A DNA stretch of 64,000 nt from Eledone cirrhosa. Lineage: Eukaryota. Where the stretch lies: NCBI GenBank assembly GCA_964016885.1, contig OZ024758.1, positions 35,960,001-36,024,000 on the forward strand, written 5' to 3'. The notes under the pieces were generated by a model, which did not search any database, was not told where the DNA came from, and worked only from the letters and a program-made list of their open reading frames with translations. The translations under genes were made by a program, and so were the position numbers. How positions within the stretch are numbered: position 1 is the stretch's first letter; every line of letters begins with the position of its first letter. Shown here in pieces: positions 53,901-64,000 of this stretch.

Positions 53901-55880
53901 CATGGTCTTAGCTGTCAGAAGTCACTCCAATGTTGGTGAGAATTCATTTAAGTTCATGGTATTAGCTGTCAGAAGTAACTCCACTGTTGGTGAGAATTCA
54001 TTTAAGTTCATGGTATTAGCTGTCAGAAGTAACTCCACTGTTGGTGAGAATTCATTTAAGTTCATTGTATTAGCTGTCAGAAGGAACGCCACTGTTGGTG
54101 AGAATTCATTTAAGTTCATGGTATTAGCTGTCAGAAGTAACTCCACTGTTGGTGAGAATTCATTTAAGTTCATGGTACTAGCTGTCAGAAGTAACTCCAA
54201 TGTTGGTGAGAATTCATTTAAGTTCATGGTATTAGCTGTCAGAAGGAACTCCACTGTTGCTGAGAATTCATTTAAGTTCATGGTATTAGCTGTCAGAAGT
54301 AACTCCACTGTTGGTGAGAATTCATTTAAGTTCATGGTACTAGCTGTCAGAAGTCACTCCACTGTTGGTGAGAATACATTTAAGTTCATGGTACTAGCTG
54401 TCAGAAGTAACCCCAATGTTGGTGAGAATTCATTTAAGTTCATGGTATTAGCTGTCAGAAGTCACTCCAATGTTGGTGAGAATTCATTTAAGTTCATGGT
54501 ATTAGCTGTCAGAAGTAACTCCACTGTTGGTAAGAATTCATTTAAGTTCATGGTATTAGCTGTCAGAAGTAACTCCACTGTTGATGAGAATTCATTTAAG
54601 TTCATGGTATTAGCTGTCAGAAGGAACGCCACTGTTGGTGAGAATTCATTTAAGTTCATGGTATTAGCTGTCAGAAGTAACTCCACTGTTGGTGAGAATT
54701 CATTTAAGTTCATGGTACTAGCTGTCAGAAGTAACTCCACTGTTGGTGAGAATTCATTTAAGTTCATGGTATTAGCTGTCAGAAGTCACTCCAATGTTGG
54801 TGAGAATTCATTTAAGTTCATGGTATTAGCTGTCAGAAGTCACTCCACTGTTGGTGAGAATTCATTTAAGTTCATGGTACTAGCTGTCAGAAGTAACCCC
54901 AATGTTGGTGAGAATTCATTTAAGTTCATGGTATTAGCTGTCAGAAGTAACTCCACTGTTGGTGAGAATTCATTTAAGTTCATGGTACTAGCTGTCAGAA
55001 GTAACTCCACTGTTGGTGAGAATTCATTTAAGTTCATGGTATTAGCTGTCAGAAGTCACTCCAATGTTGGTGAGAATTCATTTAAGTTCATGGTATTAGC
55101 TGTCAGAAGTCACTCCACTGTTGGTGAGAATTCATTTAAGTTCATGGTACTAGCTGTCAGAAGTAACCCCAATGTTGGTGAGAATTCATTTAAGTTCATG
55201 GTATTAGCTGTCAGAAGTCACTCCAATGTTGGTGAGAATTCATTTAAGTTCATGGTATTAGCTGTCAGAAGTAACTCCACTGTTGGTGAGAATTCATTTA
55301 AGTTCATGGTATTAGCTGTCAGAAGTAACTCCACTGTTGGTGAGAATTCATTTAAGTTCATGGTATTAGCTGTCAGAAGTAACTCCACTGTTGGTGAGAA
55401 TTCATTTAAGTCATGGTATTAGCTGTCAGAAGTAACTCCAATGTTGGTGAGAATTCATTTAAGTTCATGTTATTAGCTGTCAGAAGTCACTCCACTGTTG
55501 GTGAGAATTCATTTAAGTTCATGGTACTAGCTGTCAGAAGTAACCCCAATGTTGGTGAGAATTCATTTAAGTTCATGGTATTAGCTGTCAGAAGTCACTC
55601 CAATGTTGGTGAGAATTCATTTAAGTTCATGGTATTAGCTGTCAGAAGTCACTCCACTGTTGGTGAGAATTCATTTAAGTTCATGGTACTAGCTGTCAGA
55701 AGTAACCCCAATGTTGGTGAGAATTCATTTAAGTTCATGGTATTAGCTGTCAGAAGTCACTCCAATGTTGGTGAGAATTCATTTAAGTTCATGGTATTAG
55801 CTGTCAGAAGTAACTCCACTGTTGGTGAGAATTCATTTAAGTTCATGGTATTAGCTGTCAGAAGTAACTCCACTGTTGGT
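36931..55880. repeat. Near-identical 9,548-bp (177-monomer) duplication: copy 1 ~36931-46332, copy 2 ~46479-55880
   Basis: Ten consecutive plus-strand ORF starts (37611 to 45865) recur at exactly +9548 (47159 to 55413). Private SNPs are shared at 37899/47447, 40858/50406 and 41483/51031. Confidence 0.93.
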
Positions 55881-58800
55881 GAGAATTCATTTAAGTTCAT
55901 GGTATTAGCTGTCAGAAGTCACTCCACTGTTGGTGAGAATTCATTTAAGTTCATGGTACTAGCTGTCAGAAGTAACTCCACTGTTGGTGAGAATTCATTT
56001 AAGTTCATGGTATTAGCTGTCAGAAGTCACTCCAATGTTGGTGAGAATTCATTTAAGTTCATGGTACTAGCTGTCAGAAGTAACCCCAATGTTGGTGAGA
56101 ATTCATTTAAGTTCATGGTATTAGCTGTCAGAAGTCACTCCAATGTTGGTGAGAATTCATTTAAGTTCATGGTATTAGCTGTCAGAAGTAACTCCACTGT
56201 TGGTGAGAATTCATTTAAGTTCATGGTATTAGCTGTCAGAAGTAACTCCACTGTTGGTGAGAATTCATTTAAGTTCATTGTATTAGCTGTCAGAAGGAAC
56301 GCCACTGTTGGTGAGAATTCATTTAAGTTCATGGTATTAGCTGTCAGAAGTAACTCCACTGTTGGTGAGAATTCATTTAAGTTCATGGTACTAGCTGTCA
56401 GAAGTAACTCCAATGTTGGTGAGAATTCATTTAAGTTCATGGTATTAGCTGTCAGAAGGAACTCCACTGTTGCTGAGAATTCATTTAAGTTCATGGTATT
56501 AGCTGTCAGAAGTAACTCCACTGTTGGTGAGAATTCATTTAAGTTCATGGTACTAGCTGTCAGAAGTCACTCCACTGTTGGTGAGAATACATTTAAGTTC
56601 ATGGTACTAGCTGTCAGAAGTAACCCCAATGTTGGTGAGAATTCATTTAAGTTCATGGTATTAGCTGTCAGAAGTCACTCCAATGTTGGTGAGAATTCAT
56701 TTAAGTTCATGGTATTAGCTGTCAGAAGTAACTCCACTGTTGGTAAGAATTCATTTAAGTTCATGGTATTAGCTGTCAGAAGTAACTCCACTGTTGATGA
56801 GAATTCATTTAAGTTCATGGTATTAGCTGTCAGAAGGAACGCCACTGTTGGTGAGAATTCATTTAAGTTCATGGTATTAGCTGTCAGAAGTAACTCCACT
56901 GTTGGTGAGAATTCATTTAAGTTCATGGTACTAGCTGTCAGAAGTAACTCCACTGTTGGTGAGAATTCATTTAAGTTCATGGTATTAGCTGTCAGAAGTC
57001 ACTCCAATGTTGGTGAGAATTCATTTAAGTTCATGGTATTAGCTGTCAGAAGTCACTCCACTGTTGGTGAGAATTCATTTAAGTTCATGGTACTAGCTGT
57101 CAGAAGTAACCCCAATGTTGGTGAGAATTCATTTAAGTTCATGGTATTAGCTGTCAGAAGTCACTCCAATGTTGGTGAGAATTCATTTAAGTTCATGGTA
57201 TTAGCTGTCAGAAGTAACTCCACTGTTGGTGAGAATTCATTTAAGTTCATGGTATTAGCTGTCAGAAGTAACTCCACTGTTGGTGAGAATTCATTTAAGT
57301 TCATGGTATTAGCTGTCAGAAGTAACTCCACTGTTGGTGAGAATTCATTTAAGTCATGGTATTAGCTGTCAGAAGTAACTCCAATGTTGGTGAGAATTCA
57401 TTTAAGTTCATGGTATTAGCTGTCAGAAGTCACTCCACTGTTGGTGAGAATTCATTTAAGTTCATGGTACTAGCTGTCAGAAGTAACCCCAATGTTGGTG
57501 AGAATTCATTTAAGTTCATGGTATTAGCTGTCAGAAGTCACTCCAATGTTGGTGAGAATTCATTTAAGTTCATGGTATTAGCTGTCAGAAGTCACTCCAC
57601 TGTTGGTGAGAATTCATTTAAGTTCATGGTACTAGCTGTCAGAAGTAACCCCAATGTTGGTGAGAATTCATTTAAGTTCATGGTATTAGCTGTCAGAAGT
57701 CACTCCAATGTTGGTGAGAATTCATTTAAGTTCATGGTATTAGCTGTCAGAAGTAACTCCACTGTTGGTGAGAATTCATTTAAGTTCATGTTATTAGCTG
57801 TCAGAAGTAACTCCACTGTTGGTGAGAATTCATTTAAGTTCATGGTATTAGCTGTCAGAAGTCACTCCACTGTTGGTGAGAATTCATTTAAGTTCATGGT
57901 ACTAGCTGTCAGAAGTAACTCCACTGTTGGTGAGAATTCATTTAAGTTCATGGTATTAGCTGTCAGAAGTCACTCCAATGTTGGTGAGAATTCATTTAAG
58001 TTCATGGTATTAGCTGTCAGAAGTCACTCCACTGTTGGTGAGAATTCATTTAAGTTCATGGTACTAGCTGTCAGAAGTAACCCCAATGTTGGTGAGAATT
58101 CATTTAAGTTCATGGTATTAGCTGTCAGAAGTCACTCCAATGTTGGTGAGAATTCATTTAAGTTCATGGTATTAGCTGTCAGAAGTCACTCCACTGTTGG
58201 TGAGAATTCATTTAAGTTCATGGTACTAGCTGTCAGAAGTAACCCCAATGTTGGTGAGAATTCATTTAAGTTCATGGTATTAGCTGTCAGAAGTCACTCC
58301 AATGTTGGTGAGAATTCATTTAAGTTCATGGTATTAGCTGTCAGAAGTAACTCCACTGTTGGTGAGAATTCATTTAAGTTCATGGTATTAGCTGTCAGAA
58401 GTAACTCCACTGTTGGTGAGAATTCATTTAAGTTCATGGTATTAGCTGTCAGAAGTAACTCCACTGTTGGTGAGAATTCATTTAAGTCATGGTATTAGCT
58501 GTCAGAAGTAACTCCAATGTTGGTGAGAATTCATTTAAGTTCATGGTATTAGCTGTCAGAAGTCACTCCACTGTTGGTGAGAATTCATTTAAGTTCATGG
58601 TACTAGCTGTCAGAAGTAACCCCAATGTTGGTGAGAATTCATTTAAGTTCATGGTATTAGCTGTCAGAAGTCACTCCAATGTTGGTGAGAATTCATTTAA
58701 GTTCATGGTATTAGCTGTCAGAAGTAACTCCACTGTTGGTGAGAATTCATTTAAGTTCATGGTATTAGCTGTCAGAAGTAACTCCACTGTTGGTGAGAAT

Positions 58801-61800
58801 TCATTTAAGTTCATTGTATTAGCTGTCAGAAGGAACGCCACTGTTGGTGAGAATTCATTTAAGTTCATGGTATTAGCTGTCAGAAGTAACTCCACTGTTG
58901 GTGAGAATTCATTTAAGTTCATGGTACTAGCTGTCAGAAGTAACTCCAATGTTGGTGAGAATTCATTTAAGTTCATGGTATTAGCTGTCAGAAGGAACTC
59001 CACTGTTGCTGAGAATTCATTTAAGTTCATGGTATTAGCTGTCAGAAGTAACTCCACTGTTGGTGAGAATTCATTTAAGTTCATGGTACTAGCTGTCAGA
59101 AGTCACTCCACTGTTGGTGAGAATACATTTAAGTTCATGGTACTAGCTGTCAGAAGTAACCCCAATGTTGGTGAGAATTCATTTAAGTTCATGGTATTAG
59201 CTGTCAGAAGTCACTCCAATGTTGGTGAGAATTCATTTAAGTTCATGGTATTAGCTGTCAGAAGTAACTCCACTGTTGGTAAGAATTCATTTAAGTTCAT
59301 GGTATTAGCTGTCAGAAGTAACTCCACTGTTGATGAGAATTCATTTAAGTTCATGGTATTAGCTGTCAGAAGGAACGCCACTGTTGGTGAGAATTCATTT
59401 AAGTTCATGGTACTAGCTGTCAGAAGTAACTCCACTGTTGGTGAGAATTCATTTAAGTTCATGGTATTAGCTGTCAGAAGTCACTCCAATGTTGGTGAGA
59501 ATTCATTTAAGTTCATGGTATTAGCTGTCAGAAGTCACTCCACTGTTGGTGAGAATTCATTTAAGTTCATGGTACTAGCTGTCAGAAGTAACCCCAATGT
59601 TGGTGAGAATTCATTTAAGTTCATGGTATTAGCTGTCAGAAGTCACTCCAATGTTGGTGAGAATTCATTTAAGTTCATGGTATTAGCTGTCAGAAGTAAC
59701 TCCACTGTTGGTGAGAATTCATTTAAGTTCATGGTATTAGCTGTCAGAAGTAACTCCACTGTTGGTGAGAATTCATTTAAGTTCATGGTATTAGCTGTCA
59801 GAAGTAACTCCACTGTTGGTGAGAATTCATTTAAGTCATGGTATTAGCTGTCAGAAGTAACTCCAATGTTGGTGAGAATTCATTTAAGTTCATGGTATTA
59901 GCTGTCAGAAGTCACTCCACTGTTGGTGAGAATTCATTTAAGTTCATGGTACTAGCTGTCAGAAGTAACCCCAATGTTGGTGAGAATTCATTTAAGTTCA
60001 TGGTATTAGCTGTCAGAAGTCACTCCAATGTTGGTGAGAATTCATTTAAGTTCATGGTATTAGCTGTCAGAAGTCACTCCACTGTTGGTGAGAATTCATT
60101 TAAGTTCATGGTACTAGCTGTCAGAAGTAACCCCAATGTTGGTGAGAATTCATTTAAGTTCATGGTATTAGCTGTCAGAAGTCACTCCAATGTTGGTGAG
60201 AATTCATTTAAGTTCATGGTATTAGCTGTCAGAAGTAACTCCACTGTTGGTGAGAATTCATTTAAGTTCATGGTATTAGCTGTCAGAAGTAACTCCACTG
60301 TTGGTGAGAATTCATTTAAGTTCATGGTATTAGCTGTCAGAAGTCACTCCACTGTTGGTGAGAATTCATTTAAGTTCATGGTACTAGCTGTCAGAAGTAA
60401 CCCCAATGTTGGTGAGAATTCATTTAAGTTCATGGTATTAGCTGTCAGAAGTCACTCCAATGTTGGTGAGAATTCATTTAAGTTCATGGTATTAGCTGTC
60501 AGAAGTAACTCCACTGTTGGTGAGAATTCATTTAAGTTCATGGTATTAGCTGTCAGAAGTAACTCCACTGTTGGTGAGAATTCATTTAAGTTCATGGTAT
60601 TAGCTGTCAGAAGGAACGCCACTGTTGGTGAGAATTCATTTAAGTTCATGGTATTAGCTGTCAGAAGTAACTCCACTGTTGGTGAGAATTCATTTAAGTT
60701 CATGGTACTAGCTGTCAGAAGTAACTCCAATGTTGGTGAGAATTCATTTAAGTTCATGGTATTAGCTGTCAGAAGGAACTCCACTGTTGCTGAGAATTCA
60801 TTTAAGTTCATGGTATTAGCTGTCAGAAGTAACTCCACTGTTGGTGAGAATTCATTTAAGTTCATGGTACTAGCTGTCAGAAGTCACTCCACTGTTGGTG
60901 AGAATACATTTAAGTTCATGGTACTAGCTGTCAGAAGTAACCCCAATGTTGGTGAGAATTCATTTAAGTTCATGGTATTAGCTGTCAGAAGTCACTCCAA
61001 TGTTGGTGAGAATTCATTTAAGTTCATGGTATTAGCTGTCAGAAGTAACTCCACTGTTGGTAAGAATTCATTTAAGTTCATGGTATTAGCTGTCAGAAGT
61101 AACTCCACTGTTGGTGAGAATTCATTTAAGTTCATGGTATTAGCTGTCAGAAGGAACGCCACTGTTGGTGAGAATTCATTTAAGTTCATGGTATTAGCTG
61201 TCAGAAGTAACTCCACTGTTGGTGAGAATTCATTTAAGTTCATGGTACTAGCTGTCAGAAGTAACTCCACTGTTGGTGAGAATTCATTTAAGTTCATGGT
61301 ATTAGCTGTCAGAAGTCACTCCAATGTTGGTGAGAATTCATTTAAGTTCATGGTATTAGCTGTCAGAAGTCACTCCACTGTTGGTGAGAATTCATTTAAG
61401 TTCATGGTACTAGCTGTCAGAAGTAACCCCAATGTTGGTGAGAATTCATTTAAGTTCATGGTATTAACTGTCAGAAGTCACTCCAATGTTGGTGAGAATT
61501 CATTTAAGTTCATGGTATTAGCTGTCAGAAGTAACTCCACTGTTGGTGAGAATTCATTTAAGTTCATGGTATTAGCTGTCAGAAGTAACTCCACTGTTGG
61601 TGAGAATTCATTTAAGTTCATGGTATTAGCTGTCAGAAGTAACTCCACTGTTGGTGAGAATTCATTTAAGTCATGGTATTAGCTGTCAGAAGTAACTCCA
61701 ATGTTGGTGAGAATTCATTTAAGTTCATGGTATTAGCTGTCAGAAGTCACTCCACTGTTGGTGAGAATTCATTTAAGTTCATGGTACTAGCTGTCAGAAG

Positions 61801-64000
61801 TAACCCCAATGTTGGTGAGAATTCATTTAAGTTCATGGTATTAGCTGTCAGAAGTCACTCCAATGTTGGTGAGAATTCATTTAAGTTCATGGTATTAGCT
61901 GTCAGAAGTAACTCCACTGTTGGTGAGAATTCATTTAAGTTCATGGTATTAACTGTCAGAAGTAACTCCACTGTTGGTGAGAATTCATTTAAGTTCATTG
62001 TATTAGCTGTCAGAAGGAACGCCACTGTTGGTGAGAATTCATTTAAGTTCATGGTATTAGCTGTCAGAAGTAACTCCACTGTTGGTGAGAATTCATTTAA
62101 GTTCATGGTACTAGCTGTCAGAAGTAACTCCAATGTTGGTGAGAATTCATTTACGTTCATGGTATTAGCTGTCAGAAGGAACTCCACTGTTGCTGAGAAT
62201 TCATTTAAGTTCATGGTATTAGCTGTCAGAAGTAACTCCACTGTTGGTGAGAATTCATTTAAGTTCATGGTACTAGCTGTCAGAAGTCACTCCACTGTTG
62301 GTGAGAATACATTTAAGTTCATGGTACAAGCTGTCAGAAGTAACCCCAATGTTGGTGAGAATTCATTTAAGTTCATGGTATTAGCTGTCAGAAGTCACTC
62401 CAATGTTGGTGAGAATTCATTTAAGTTCATGGTATTAGCTGTCAGAAGTAACTCCACTGTTGGTAAGAATTCATTTAAGTTCATGGTATTAGCTGTCAGA
62501 AGTAACTCCACTGTTGGTGTGAATTCATTTAAGTTCATGGTATTAGCTGTCAGAAGGAACGCCACTGTTGGTGAGAATTCATTTAAGTTCATGGTATTAG
62601 CTGTCAGAAGTAACTCCACTGTTGGTGAGAATTCATTTAAGTTCATGGTACTAGCTGTCAGAAGTAACTCCACTGTTGGTGAGAATTCATTTAAGTTCAT
62701 GGTATTAGCTGTCAGAAGTCACTCCAATGTTGGTGAGAATTCATTTAAGTTCATGGTATTAGCTGTCAGAAGTCACTCCACTGTTGGTGAGAATTCATTT
62801 AAGTTCATGGTACTAGCTGTCAGAAGTAACCCCAATGTTGGTGAGAATTCATTTAAGTTCATGGTATTAGCTGTCAGAAGTCACTCCAATTTTGGTGAGA
62901 ATTCATTTAAGTTCATGGTATTAGCTGTCAGAAGTCACTCCACTGTTGGTGAGAATTCATTTAAGTTCATGGTACTAGCTGTCAGAAGTAACCCCAATGT
63001 TGGTGAGAATTCATTTAAGTTCATGGTATTAGCTGTCAGAAGTCACTCCAATGTTGGTGAGAATTCATTTAAGTTCATGGTATTAGCTGTCAGAAGTAAC
63101 TCCACTGTTGGTGAGAATTCATTTAAGTTCATGGTATTAGCTGTCAGAAGTAACTCCACTGTTGGTGAGAATTCATTTAAGTTCATGGTATTAGCTGTCA
63201 GAAGTAACTCCACTGTTGGTGAGAATTCATTTAAGTCATGGTATTAGCTGTCAGAAGTAACTCCAATGTTGGTGAGAATTCATTTAAGTTCATGGTATTA
63301 GCTGTCAGAAGTCACTCCACTGTTGGTGAGAATTCATTTAAGTTCATGGTACTAGCTGTCAGAAGTAACCCCAATGTTGGTGAGAATTCATTTAAGTTCA
63401 TGGTATTAGCTGTCAGAAGTCACTCCAATGTTGGTGAGAATTCATTTAAGTTCATGGTATTAGCTGTCAGAAGTAACTCCACTGTTGGTGAGAATTCATT
63501 TAAGTTCATGGTATTAGCTGTCAGAAGTAACTCCACTGTTGGTGAGAATTCATTTAAGTTCATTGTATTAGCTGTCAGAAGGAACGCCACTGTTGGTGAG
63601 AATTCATTTAAGTTCATGGTATTAGCTGTCAGAAGTAACTCCACTGTTGGTGAGAATTCATTTAAGTTCATGGTACTAGCTGTCAGAAGTAACTCCAATG
63701 TTGGTGAGAATTCATTTAAGTTCATGGTATTAGCTGTCAGAAGGAACTCCACTGTTGCTGAGAATTCATTTAAGTTCATGGTATTAGCTGTCAGAAGTAA
63801 CTCCACTGTTGGTGAGAATTCATTTAAGTTCATGGTACTAGCTGTCAGAAGTCACTCCACTGTTGGTGAGAATACATTTAAGTTCATGGTACTAGCTGTC
63901 AGAAGTAACCCCAATGTTGGTGAGAATTCATTTAAGTTCATGGTATTAGCTGTCAGAAGTCACTCCAATGTTGGTGAGAATTCATTTAAGTTCATGGTAT
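39600..64000. repeat. Right-domain elastic HOR based on a 26-monomer (1,403-bp) unit
   Basis: The prototype at 42249-43651 is repeated at 51797-53199. The marker GAATAC recurs at spacings such as 1403 (39971-41374, 60906-62309) and 1565 (62309-63874). The order of marked monomers is constant: CATTGT+AGGAACGCC, GTTGCTGAG, GAATAC, GGTAAG, AGGAACGCC. Confidence 0.85.

Larger units (their letters stand above)
1..64000. repeat. 54-bp tandem satellite DNA array (~1,185-1,190 monomers, single orientation, extends beyond both window ends)
   Basis: Every line reads as consensus CATGGTATTAGCTGTCAGAAGTAACTCCACTGTTGGTGAGAATTCATTTAAGTT with about 0-3 differences per monomer. The ORF track shows the matching 18-aa periodicity on both strands (MVLAVRSNSTVGENSFKF / MNLNEFSPTVELLLTANT). 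The copy number is estimated from 64000/54 plus the 1-bp deletions. Confidence 0.99.

Noticed and set aside
216-63247. Plus-strand ORFs (61-740 aa) as a cluster of repeat-protein genes
   Set aside because: They are translations of the 54-bp monomer with no unique N- or C-terminus, promoter region, UTR or splice context. Their ends are set by the recurrent 1-bp deletion, and most common variants change amino acids.
1045-63833. Minus-strand ORFs (MNLNEFSPTVELLLTANT repeats)
   Set aside because: This is the antisense frame of the same monomer, truncated wherever the common AGTCAC allele creates TGA. There is no sign of coding constraint.
1-64000. CRISPR array
   Set aside because: There are no unique spacers. 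The variable part of each unit differs by only 1-3 substitutions from a fixed sequence, and there are no cas genes or leader.
1-64000. Telomeric repeat, rDNA/5S/tRNA/snRNA tandem array or spliced-leader array
   Set aside because: There is no G-rich short telomeric motif and no recognisable structured-RNA gene, and the 54-bp unit has no gene-plus-spacer organisation.
1-64000. Embedded transposon, inversion or unique island hidden in the array
   Set aside because: None was seen on reading through. The ORF track shows the same monomer in the same orientation continuously, and its gaps are explained by closely spaced deletions. A very small insert could have been missed by eye.
1-64000. Rolling-circle/MDA concatemer or synthetic construct
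   Set aside because: Hierarchically inherited SNPs and indels shared among multi-kb blocks indicate an evolutionary history rather than copies of one template with random error. Local mis-assembly of individual blocks remains possible.

Overview
The whole 64 kb window is one uninterrupted, head-to-tail, single-orientation tandem satellite array. It has about 1,185-1,190 copies of a 54-bp monomer, consensus CATGGTATTAGCTGTCAGAAGTAACTCCACTGTTGGTGAGAATTCATTTAAGTT (20/54 = 37% GC, one EcoRI site GAATTC, no CpG). The array runs off both ends, and I saw no unique sequence, transposon insertion, inversion, RNA gene or credible protein-coding gene. The ORFs in the track arise because 54 is divisible by 3 and one frame on each strand lacks stops. 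They are broken by a recurrent 1-bp deletion (AAGTTCATG to AAGTCATG). The informative content lies in the monomer variants, which reveal nested higher-order repeats (HORs). On the left are 2,100/1,130/1,184-bp duplications. From 14 to 28 kb is a four-copy HOR of 3.3-4.2 kb. A more diverged seam lies at about 29.4-33 kb. To its right are a 3,234-bp duplication, a near-identical 9,548-bp duplication whose breakpoint maps to about 14 bp, and an elastic ~26-monomer HOR. This resembles an actively homogenised eukaryotic (peri)centromeric or heterochromatic satellite, but that is inference. I do not recognise the family or organism, and I found no evidence of a novel gene system. All coordinates and counts were derived by eye from the sequence and ORF track.
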